The notes under the pieces are model-generated. The model was not told the DNA's origin and searched no databases. It worked only from the letters and a program-made list of their open reading frames with translations. From Vitrella brassicaformis CCMP3155 (Eukaryota; Protista; Chromerida), in the NCBI GenBank assembly GCA_001179505.1, contig CDMY01000831.1, positions 62,001 through 126,000 of the forward strand: DNA of 64,000 nucleotides. The letters are read 5' to 3'. The translations under genes and the position numbers were made by a program. Shown here piece after piece: positions 51,176-61,657 of this stretch (positions are counted from its first letter, which is position 1; each line of letters begins with the position of its first letter).

Positions 51176-53111
51176 CTTCAGACGGCCTTGAGAGATGAGC
51201 GCTTGAGTCTGTCCGAGGCTTCACCCGCTGCCGAGCGAAGTCACGAGCAGCAGCCGCCGTCTCCATCGTAGCCACCTCGCTCCCTTTAGCAAAAACGAGC
51301 TGCTACTCTCCTCTCTGTGTGTCTGGCGCAGCTTTGGGGAAATGCAGCGCTTGCAGAGTCTAGTGCTCGACCTCGAATCACGTTCCGACTTCCTCATCAA
51401 AGAGAACGAGCAGCTCTCGTCTGAGCGGGACGAGCTCAAGGCGCTCCTGTCATCCATCCAGGCCCAGCAGAAAATGCGACGACCGCCCACCATGGAGCCC
51501 CTCTCACTCGCCGAGCGGCCGCCGCCCGAGCCCAAGGCTCCTGAAGTGGGTATGCCGCCGACCCCGGGGTCTCTCAGCGCAGAGCTGCAGGCGACAATGG
51601 AGCTGTCGCGACAGGATGAGGAGCCGGTCGAGGGCATCCCCGAGAGTTGGCAGCTCATGTCTGGCCCGCAGAGGGCAGCGGGTGAGGTCGAGGCAGAGGA
51701 GAGCGAGAGCGATCGAGAGGTGAGGGATGCGCTGCGGGAGGGGCAACGGGTGGATTGGAGGGGGCGCGCAAAGGCACTGACGAAGGAGAACGCCGCGCTG
51801 AAGCGGCGGCTCCAGATGGCACAGAAGGAGCTGGAGGTGGGTAACACCGCGACAAGAGACAAAGTCCAACAGTGCAATATATGGCTCGATGGCTCCCCCT
51901 TTGTGTCTTGTTCTTGCTACAGTCGGTATCAGCTGCGTCTCCCGCATTCGTGACCCCAGTCCAATCGCCCCTCGCGGAGGCCTTCCTCCGCCCCCCCGTC
52001 TTGGTGTCCCCCGTGCACCCCGGCGGCCGACTCAGCCCGCTCCTCGAAGGCTCTGAGCGGTCCACTCCTTCAGGCCCCTCACCACACGACCTCATCTCGA
52101 CACCGATGCCCTCACCCCAGAGGGTGCCGCAGCGGTCGCTCGGGGGCCTCACCATCGACACCACGCAGCAGCCTGAGGGGGACCGTGAGTCCATCATATC
52201 GATGATTTCCCCGCTGAGAGACACCCCCATGGAGCCCTTCACCTTCTCGATGACGAGGCCCCAGCCAGCGGCTGCAGCAGCGGCCGCAGCAGCTAATCAC
52301 GGGTTTTCCGCTTCTGGTGTGTCGGTGCTCACCGGCCTGTCAGCTGTCACGGCTGAGATCGAGCAGTCTGTCGAGGAGGACCTCATTGCGGCCCTTAGGC
52401 GCATCAACGAAAGGCAGAACCGACCCACAGACATCGAGGGTCTGAGAAGCATCTTCCAACAGCTAAGAGAGCAGCCCCAGCAGATGGCCGATGCCGCTGG
52501 GCCGGCGATGGCCGAAGGTGCAGAGGATGACCAGCGGTCGATAGAGGCGCTAGAGAGGGAGCTGAGTCTGTTGAAGCAGCAGCTGGAGACATACATAGAG
52601 CTGGCCAACCAAATGAGGGCCGGGCAGCAGGCTGCTGCCAGGCCAGAGAGGGAGGAACCGCAGTGGCGTTGGGCGCCGCCACCTGTTGAAGAACGGTAGA
52701 CAGACAAGAAGGAAGGAAACCTTGCACTGAACGCGACATGCCCACTCTTTGTGTCTCTGTGCATGCGCTGCTGTTCTTCCTTTCAGCGATTGGTATCCGG
52801 TGCAGGTCCCGCCTCCCGTGACACGAGTCTTCTACCCCCCGCCTCCGCCCCAACCATTCCTCATCCGACCCGCCCCACCACCACAAGTTCCTCCCCTTAT
52901 AGCCCGGCCAGCAGTCGTCCGTGCCCCCCCATCATTCCCCCCGACCGTCTCGGTGCCCTCGTCAGCCTCGTCAGAGGAGGAGGAGGAGGAGAGGGCACAG
53001 CGGGACAAGACGCCCAGCTGCTGTGGTATGGCGTTGCCGTGTGTGTCTGCGAGGGAGGGGGGTGGGGTCGGTTATGGAGGGGTGCGGCGGGCTGTGACGG
53101 CCCCTCGTTGA
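49472..53111 (+). CDS. Hypothetical coiled-coil / proline-rich protein
   Basis: Multiple exons with heptad-like E/L/R runs (LHDLVDSLEKELEEK, YDELVEDVNDMREQLEAAK, LIKENEQLSSERDELKALL, IEALERELSLLKQQLE) and a Pro-rich C-terminus. One internal junction (near 51180-51330) could not be resolved. Confidence 0.65.
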
Positions 53112-53500
53112 CTGACTGATTGGTTGACTGACTGAGAGGAAGAAAGAAAGAGGATTTGTGGTGTCTGGAAGTGTGTGCGTTGAATCCATCGTTATGTGTC
53201 TTGCAAGAGGCCAGCAGTCCCACACGCACATCGAAACACAGTCAAAAATTCAATTCGCAACAGCTGTCACATCCATCCATCGAGAGATCTGTACAAAGAG
53301 GAAGTTCCGTGTCATTAAACATCTGGGTAAGTAGGCAAGTATCGATATCGACCGCCAGAAGGCGCGCTGCACAGTGCACACGTCCCCCCGTGTGGCACGC
53401 AGCCCTCGTCGGATCAAACACTCTAGGTAAAAGCACACAACACATCCGACACACCGCCTACAAAATGAGCCGCCCGTCCCCCCGGCACGAGAGAGAGATG

Positions 53501-54697
53501 TCACACGAAGGTAACCTGCGGCAGGGGAACAGAGAGCGAACGTCGAATTCCTATCTGCGCAAGACAGACATGGGCTTGCTGCTGAGCGTACCGAGTTGAG
53601 AAGAGGGAAGTTCCGCCGCAGCCTCTGCTGGATCTCAAGCTGTCAGGCCAACGCAGCACACACACACGTGCACACAAGTGTGGGTGGGACGTGGCTTATG
53701 CCTCCCTCCGTTCTGTTCTCTCTATGCCGCCTGCCTACCCTGATGGATCGGTTTTCTGCTGATCTGCCGGTCATCTTGAGCGCCACAGTGGCAGCGACGC
53801 TGCCCACCTTGTTGGCCTCGACCACAGTGATGTCGCCGCCCGTCATCTTGATGAAGGGCCGCACACCGTCCAGGATTTTCTCCACATTCTCCTTGGTGAA
53901 AGCCATCCCGTTCTCCGCACCCTCGCTGCACACCCCAGCCACACAACACACACATCCAAGACATTCACACCATTCGGATGGCGAGAGGCCAAGGTTGTTC
54001 TTCGGGACCTACCTGACAGCCTCTACGCTGTTGATCTCGGGGATCCTCTCGCGCAGCCGCCTCTCCACCCCTTACACACACAACCAGACAGACAGATGGG
54101 CCACATGGCATGCGTCAGGTATGTCTATCCAGTCCTTATGCACCCACCCACCCACCCATTCGGACAGTGACGACTGATGATGGACACGAGCCGCACGCGC
54201 CCTCAAGCTGCAGATAGACATCAGGCCCCTCTATCGACTTCAGAGAGACGTTCCCACCTGCACCAACCAGCCCACAGAGGGAGGGATGGACACTCACTCG
54301 CAATTGGTCTGTCTGTCTGTCTGAGCTGGTTGTCCATCCATCCATCCATCCCCACCAGCTCACCCCACTCACCGTCAGCAATGAGGTATGGCCTGACTTC
54401 ATCCAGGACGGTCTCAACGTTCTCGGGTGTCAGCGGCAGGGTCTCGGCGCCGCGCCTGTACTCCACTTCACGCAGGTTCTCGAAAGGCGACTCCTTCGCC
54501 TCAGTGGCCGGCGATGCTGAGTGAAGGCGGATCTCTGCATGAGAAGCGCGCTGCCGCCCTGATGCCGGTGGCCGGCTGGCCGACGTTATGCCTGCTGGAG
54601 GCAACACGAACGCTGGTGGCTCATGCGGCTGGAAAAAAGCACGAGTCGATGACAAACAGACAAAGATGCAGATCGGCGCCAGCAGCAAGCTGATCAT
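53501..54697 (-). CDS. NFU: Plastid-type NFU (NifU-like) Fe-S cluster carrier with two NifU domains
   Basis: Signal peptide MISLLLAPICIFVCLSSTRA|F plus transit peptide. Domain 1: LTPENVETVLDEVRPYLIAD|GGNVSL..LQLEGACGSCPSS (CxxC). Domain 2: FTKENVEKILDGVRPFIKMTGGDI, lacking CxxC, as in plant plastid NFUs. Ends LNS|VTFV* at 53501. Confidence 0.92.
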
Positions 54698-54956
54698 GAG
54701 GGATGGCGTCAGGCTCAAGGCAGCAGGCAGCAAGACGGGTAGCGTCTTGCACAAAGTCTGCAAGATTAGCTCGCAGACTCTAGGGTGCTCCCTGAAACCG
54801 CTGCCGGCCTTTTTCCCTCTGAGATCTTAAGCTGGTGTTGCTCGCCAGGCATCTGCCGGGGTCCAGTAAGCACGGCAGTGATTCGTTTTTCCATCCGCTT
54901 TTCCGCTGGGCTTTGGTTTTAAGTCATCTGTCTGTCAATCATCATCATCCATCGCC
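54698..54956. promoter_or_regulatory. Divergent promoter between NFU and AP3B
   Basis: 259 bp between ATGs. AGCTCGCA at 54768-54775, AGATCT at 54822-54827. Confidence 0.55.
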
Positions 54957-57900
54957 ATGTTGCCGACCTCGGCAGCGCCTTACCTCGAGAAGGCCTCCGC
55001 GGGCGTGCGGGACATCATATCGATGGTGTCGTCCTCCGAGTCACAGTACTTCGATGAGGAGAAGTTCTCAGAGGGAGAGGTCAAACGGAGCCTCAACGAG
55101 CTGGCCGTCGACAAGAAGCTCGAGGCCATGAAGCGAGTGCTCGCGGTGAGTCACCAAACCATGGAAAAGGCGATTTCCTGCATGCATGTGCGCAGATCTC
55201 TCTCTCTCTCTCTCTCTGATGTGTCTGCCTGCCTGCGGTTGGCTGTGTCCGTCTGTCTGTCTGTCAGGCTCACTCGATAGGTCGTGACGTGAGTCGGTTG
55301 TTCCCTGATGTGGTCAAGAACATCTTCACGCCCAACCTGGAGCTCAAGAAGCTCGTCTACATGTACCTCGTCCAGCACGCAGACGGCAACAGGGATCTGG
55401 CACTGCTCTCAATCAACAGCTTCCAAAAGGTGCAAGCACAAGACAGACAAGAAATGGCATGCATGGCACCAAGACCATCCATCCATCGTTCTCCTTCTTT
55501 GTCGCAGGATCTGAGTGACCGCAATCCTGTTGTGCGTGCGTCGGCACTGAGGGCGATGGCGTCGATCCGTGTGCTCGAGATCATTCAGCTGGTGGTCTTA
55601 GCAGTGAGGAAGGCCTCCACCGACAACTCGCCCTACGTGCGCAAGACGGCAGCGCACTGTATCACCAAGGTCAGTTCAGTTCGCCAAGGGAGGAAGAAAG
55701 ATGCCCAAATGGAGGGAGGTCTTGATTGTCCGTGTCTTATCTATCTGTTTTGGCGCGCGCGTGCAGGTGTATGCGATCGATCCTGATCAGTTCTTGCCTC
55801 TGCGTGAGATACTGCTGAGACTCCTCAGTGACATCGAGGTCAGACAGAAGGAATCTCCACTCAGACAACAAGCAGGCACTCACTCACTCACTCACATGGT
55901 TGCTTATCTGTTGGCTGGCAGGTGTGTGTGGTGGGCACCGCCATGGTCGCCTTCTCTGAGGTGCGCGTGGCGTGCAAGCATACACAGTGGCAATGCCTGC
56001 GTGTCTGTCTGGACACGGCAGTGACGGCCCTCTCCTGTGCTGTGTGGTGTGTGTAGATGTGCTTGATCTCGCCCCCCGAGCCCACTGAGGACGCCACCCA
56101 GGCAAACAGCGAATCGCATGAGGCATCGCAATCGCCACAGACAGCCAACCTGGCGCTGCTGCACTGCCACTATCGGAGGTAAAACAGGGAAGGTGAACAC
56201 ACCTCCTTAAGGTCACTGACGGCGTGCTGCACGTGTGTGTGGCTGTCAGGTTGTGTGGGTGTCTGCTCCAAATGGAGCCCTGGGCGCAGGCAGTCACTAT
56301 CGGTGAGTGAGTGAGTAGAGTGAGAGATCGCGCAGAGGCCGGCATGGGAAGCAGGACTCACGTGTGTTTGTCGTCTGTCTGTCTGTCTCTCTGCGTGTGA
56401 GGTCAGACGTGTTGGTTCGCTACTGCCGGACGTTCTTCACCGACCCGAGGGAAGACCAGCTCAGGCTCAAAATGCTCAGTGGTACACAGAGTAATGACAA
56501 CGGCCGGCGACAAGAGAACAAGCATTGATCTCAATGGCGACTTGTGTCTGGGTTGTGGCTGGTGTGTCAACCAGAGTGTGGTCCCGAAGGAGATGCGAGA
56601 ACAGCCTCCTCCACGAAGCTCTCGGTGCCGCCCCCGTCACCCGACCTCAAGCAGTTCATCGCAACACTCACTCTCCTCCTCAAAGCACAGGTAGGTTCCC
56701 ACCAGCTGGTGTGACAGCAGACTGCATCCCTTATCGGTCCCTTTCTCCCTCAGTACGTCACAGTGGTCGTGTCGGCAGCGTCCGCCTTGTTCTACCTGGC
56801 GCCTTTGGATGAGGTGCGCAAGATGGTCAGGCCGCTGATACGGGCGCTCAAGACGGCAGCCGACGACCTCACTGACCCCGTGCTGGCCGTCCTGAAGCCC
56901 CTGATCGAGGCCATCCCCCATCTGTTCAGGCCGCACATACGGGACTTCTTCGTGCTGTAAGCAGGGAGGAAGATGCGACGGATATGGGTGTCTGATTGTT
57001 GGTGCCATGTGGGTTCATTCGTTCATGCAGAGTGTCTGACAGCCCGCGCGTCAAGATGATGAAGCTGGATATCCTTGACACGCTGTGCGACGGTACCAGC
57101 TTCTGACACACACAGGCAGACACACTGCAGCATTTTGTTATCCTCTCGTCGCCTCCGTGCAGTGACGAATGTGCAGCTGGTGCTCCGAGAGCTGCAGGTC
57201 TACGTCCTATGGCCAGGTGCGTGTGTGTGCAGAAAATCATCAGGCGGCAGCCAAATGGTACCACCAGACAGGTGCTCTCCTCTGTGGGCATGGCCTTGAT
57301 GTGATGCAGACAACCCGGCCTTCATGAGTGCAGCGATGCGGTCCATCACCTCAATCGCCCTGAGGGTCGAATCCGTCACAGACAGGTGAGTGAGGGACTT
57401 GACCTCACTGGGCATAAGGCACCACCGACGGATGCTGGCTGGTGTGGTGTGGTGTTTGTCCTGTGTGCTCTTCCCTTCATTCAGCTGTCTTCGTGGCCTG
57501 ATCCGCATGCTCAACTCGCAGAACCCTGCACTCGCTGCTGAGGCCGTCGGTGAGGCTGGCAGGCAGGCACACCCAACCCTGACTGACACACACGACAAGT
57601 GCACTCCAGACGTCCATCAGGTGTCTGTCTGCGTGTGTGTGTCGGGTCGGTCTCCTGCGTGCAGTGTCGGTGCGCACGTTGCTGCAGCAGCGGACCAAGA
57701 CCGACACACTCGCGCCCATTGTCAACCACCTGGTACGTACCCACCCACACACCATACGTACCCACCCACACACCAGACAGACAGGCAGAACTACATAGAG
57801 GCCCACATGGCATGGACCCCCTTTCTCTCTGGTCTGTCTGTGTCAGCTGCGGTATCTGACGGCGCTGACATCGCCCACCGCCCGTGCGTCAGTGGTGTGG

Positions 57901-59906
57901 ATCATCGGCGAGTACCAGGGCGAGATCCCATACGTCGCACCAGACGCACTGCGCACACTCACGCAGCGATTCGCACAGGAGCCCGAAGAGGTCAAGCTGC
58001 AGGTATGCAGAGGGACCACCGGCCCCTCCCTTCCTCCCTCATGTGTGCGTCTGCATATCGTCTGCTTGCCTTCTGAGCAGATATTGAGTCTGGGCATGAA
58101 GGTGTGGGCCTTCCACTGCTTCAACCAGCAGCGACCGGCCCCCGAGGCCATCAACGGAGAGACCTCCACTGATGCACCGGCCCCTCCCTCCCAAACTGAC
58201 GCCTCTCCCAAGAAAGGGCCACGACAATTCTCGCCACTGCCAACCCCGAGCGACAAGGTGTGCCCTGCTCATGTGTCAAAAGGTCAGACGACAGAGGAGG
58301 ACGCTTGGTCCACGGATGCGATGCATGTGTGTATCGTGTGCCTGCCTGGTTTGTGTGGGCTGCAGCCATTTTTCCGCGCCTGACGCAGCTGTTCGATCAC
58401 CTGACGAACATGGCGCTTCACGACGTGAGCTACGACGTGAGGGATATGGGGAGGGCATACAGCCTTGTGGTCGAGGAGGCCAAGAAGGTGAGTGAGCCAG
58501 GCCACACACACAGAGAGAGGCTGAAGGACGGCAACTCTCTCCTGTGTGCATCTGTCAGATTCTTGAGAGCGGGCAGATTCCCCCTGTCGATGATACCAAA
58601 CGAAGTGAGGGAAAAAACAGATCGAATGCTCGTGGATGCTGCATCTGACGTCTGCTGTGGTGTATGTGTGTGTGTGTGTGTGTGTGTGTTGCAGCATGGT
58701 CGTCTTTCTGCTGGTGGTACCTCGAGCTTTGTCTCTCGTCGGCTGCGCGCAAGGGCGAACAAGGTGTGGAAGAAAGAGACATCACCGACACAATCCAGTC
58801 AGTCGAAATGGGTGCATCCACGTTGTCTGTCTGACCAGTGCCCGCAGCTGCTGACATAGAGGAGCGGCTTCGGCGCAACCCTCTGTTCGAGTGCAGCCAG
58901 CAGCTGCAGCGCCAACGAGAGCGGCAGAACCAGCAGCGAAAGGACAGCAGCGGCCCCAGGCCTCGCGAAACGCGATATCACCTCCCGTCACTCGCACACA
59001 CGGTACACACGGCCACGTGAATGTATGTCCTAGGCCACGCCACCCACTTGCTTCCCTCCCCTGTTGTGTGTGCTACGTGTTGTGATTTGATGTGCAGCTG
59101 GGCGAGTTGCTGCCTGGAACTCTGCCTCTCCCTGCGTTCCCAGCGGATGCGTCGCCCGACAGCATCCGTGACGCCCCTCCCCCGCCACCCCCTCCCGCCA
59201 CAGAGACCAGGAGCATCGAAAGCAGACGTAAGCCAGCAGAGAGAGATGAAAAGAAAGCGACGGAACGGGTGGGAAGACGGTCCATTGTGTGTGGGTGTGG
59301 ATGTGTTTCGTGGTTTGTCAGCGGCCGTCCCACCCCCAGCTGCTTCGGCTCCTTCATCGCGGGTGCCCAAGCTCGAGACGTTTGAGGACCTGGATGCATT
59401 CTACAGGTGGGCGACTGGCACGATCGGACGTCGTTCTGTCAAAGCTGCTCATCTTTCTTTTTGTTTGGTGGTGTCAGTGATGTGCCGCCAAAGTGGGAGA
59501 CGTCAGCAGCTGGCCTGACCGCTGACGCAGATAGCCTATGGGGCGGGCGGACGCAGCCGACGGCAGGGACGGCCGTCTCAGGCGAGGTGAGGCGCTTCGT
59601 GCGACCGAATGCATGCGTAAGGTGTCCACTGTATGGTTTGCCTTCTCTCTGTGTGTGTGTGTGTGTGTGTGTGTCGTGGCAGGATGATGAATCCGATGAC
59701 GATGCCCAGAAGCCGTCCATGCAGACGACGTCGGGTTCACGCAACCCCTCACAAGCAGGCACACCGTTTGTGGCGGCACTCAACAAGGTAGGCACACACA
59801 TTTCTTAGGTAATCCGCGTACTATGGTCTGCGCACGTGTTTCTCAGGATGACTCAGAAGAAGAGCAAGAGATTATCGACAATTGGAAGCATATAGGACAG
59901 AGCTGA
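54957..59906 (+). CDS. AP3B: AP-3 complex beta subunit (trunk plus hinge, no ear detected)
   Basis: QYF..KKLEAMKRVLA, LFPDVVKN..LELKKLVYMYLVQHADGNRDLALLSINSFQK|DLSDRNPVVRASALRAMASIRV, DNSPYVRKTAAH, VVWIIGEY and trunk end YHLPSLAHT..LPAFPADASPDSIRD all match beta-3 adaptins. Last exon ends TGA at 59904-59906. Confidence 0.9.
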
Positions 59907-60330
59907 TGTATGTGCACTTGGCTCTATAGGAGAGATGACTGGTGGTGGAGGGCATTAGAGATACAAATGGCTGCGGGCATTAGATAATGTGATGGTCATG
60001 AGAGCTGCTTCTAGGGTCTAGGGTTTGGAACCACAACCCGAGAATCGCAGGGTTTGACCGTTAGAGTTTCGTCCCATCGTCCCTCCTCCCTCCCCTTCCC
60101 TCCCTTGAGTCCGCGTTTCGAGTTCTCCGGGCGTCGTCGCCGTCGCTTCCCGTGCGATCTGACAGCTCCCAGCGTCTGGGGAGCCTTCAAGTCGCTGTCA
60201 GCACGCGTCACCGCGACACCAGGAGTCGGAGCGGCGTACGAGTTGTCGCTGTGTGCTCAGCGGGATCCCCTCTCAGCCCCTCACACCCTCATACAGTCCC
60301 CTCCGTCTCAAAACTAGGCGCTGTGCAGTT

Positions 60331-60397
60331 CGCTCTGTCTTGCCAGCAAGCGTCGCTCTGTCTTGCCAGCAAGCGTCGCTCTGTCTTGTCAGCAAGC
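60331..60397. repeat. Tandem repeat, about 3 x 23 bp
   Basis: CGCTCTGTCTTGCCAGCAAGCGT at 60331-60353 and 60354-60376, with a partial third copy at 60377-60397 carrying one mismatch. Confidence 0.9.
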
Positions 60398-60624
60398 AGC
60401 GATTGCGTGCAAGCAGCGACGGTGTGAGTGACTGTGCCAGCTAGGTGTGTGTGCTGGGCACCGCCAGCGTATCGAGGAGAGAAACCTCACCTCCATCGAC
60501 GGCGCAGGCCGCATCGAGGCGCGCGAGTTCAGTTGTAGTGGTTCCCTTCAACGTTGCTGCCTCTCATCTCCATCCCCTCTGTATCATCCTCATCTTCCGT
60601 ATACTGATTCTGTCGGTGGCGGCG

Positions 60625-61242
60625 ATGACGCGAGGAGAGAAAAGGAAGAAGGCGGGTTCATATCACCGTCTTCCGGTGCGTCGGGGTGTCAAGGAGAAGA
60701 ACCCGTTTGATGACTTCGATTTTGAGGCTGCTTTAAATGACGTTGACCGCGAGGAAAGCGCAGCAGCTGAAGGGGGGAAAGAGGAGACGGTTAAGGTGGG
60801 GGAAGAGCAGAGTCGCAGTGTTGTGCTTTTGAAAGATTTGAAAGAGAGGAGGAGAAATTGCAGGCCACCTACACCTAAGACTTCTTCTCTACTCGCTCAT
60901 TCTACTCATTTGGTTCACTCGGGCATGTCCATGGGACGTAGTCGTAGTGTTGAGAAGGAGAGTGGGCAGGGAGGTGAGGAAGAGGTGGGAAAGCAAGGTG
61001 TGGGGGGCAATGGTGGGGAGAAGAATAAGGTTTGTTATGGGCAGGGTGTGAAAGATGGGGGTGAGGTGGGAGAGATTCGGGTTCATTCAACGAATGGCAC
61101 CGCAATCTCTCCTTTTAACATCACCAACCAAATTTCTCCTGCAAAGAAACCTCGAAAGGGCTTTTTTCAGATGGGCAAAATAAGACTGTCTATGTTGAAG
61201 CCTCGAGCCATCACAAGAGATCAGCCGCCAACGTTGTATTGA
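60625..61242 (+). CDS. Intronless orphan ORF (~205 aa) with atypical codon usage
   Basis: MTRGEKRKKAGSYHRLPVRRGVKEKNPFDDFDFEAALND.. is open for 618 nt. Many T/A-ending codons (TTA, TTG, GTT, AGT), unlike neighbouring genes. No recognisable domain. Confidence 0.35.
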   Translation: MTRGEKRKKAGSYHRLPVRRGVKEKNPFDDFDFEAALNDVDREESAAAEGGKEETVKVGEEQSRSVVLLKDLKERRRNCRPPTPKTSSLLAHSTHLVHSGMSMGRSRSVEKESGQGGEEEVGKQGVGGNGGEKNKVCYGQGVKDGGEVGEIRVHSTNGTAISPFNITNQISPAKKPRKGFFQMGKIRLSMLKPRAITRDQPPTLY

Positions 61243-61509
61243 GTCTTTTCGTCTGTCTAGTTTTTGAAATGTGAAATGTTTGCGAACTACTGGCTGATTT
61301 CCGGGTTGCATGTGAACTTGAGGGAAGGGTTCAGGCGGATAATTTGCGATGACTTTGATGGCCTTCTGTTCATGCTTATATGGTGTTTGCAAGTATGTGG
61401 TGGGGAAACCTTCCGTGTTTGGTGAAGTGATTGATTTTCTGAAGAATTCGTGTGTGAGCTGTGAAGTATGGATTTGCTGACTGGAAGTGTTAGGACATCC
61501 GGGGAACAA

Positions 61510-61530
61510 AGAAATGCAAGCTCGCAATCG
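61510..61530. promoter_or_regulatory. Promoter motif upstream of TBCD
   Basis: AAGCTCGCAA at 61518-61527, about 130 bp upstream of the TBCD ATG, followed by a probable 5'UTR intron. Confidence 0.45.
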
Positions 61531-61657
61531 ACTGATTTTCCCCATGGCGTTCGTTCGTTAACCTCACGGGGACCTCAGGTCAGCTCGTCAGTCAGATCTA
61601 TCAAGGCGCAGCAACAAAGCAGTATTTCATTCATCAATTCTGTGATGTGCAGGTCTG

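Noticed and set aside
60011-60026. CTAGGGTCTAGGGTTT, telomere-like
   Set aside because: Only two imperfect units; not an interstitial telomeric array.
61087-61545. 152-aa minus-strand ORF as a divergent partner of TBCD
   Set aside because: It overlaps both the plus-strand orphan ORF and the promoter motif, and has no recognisable domain or introns. Kept only as part of the atypical-segment finding.
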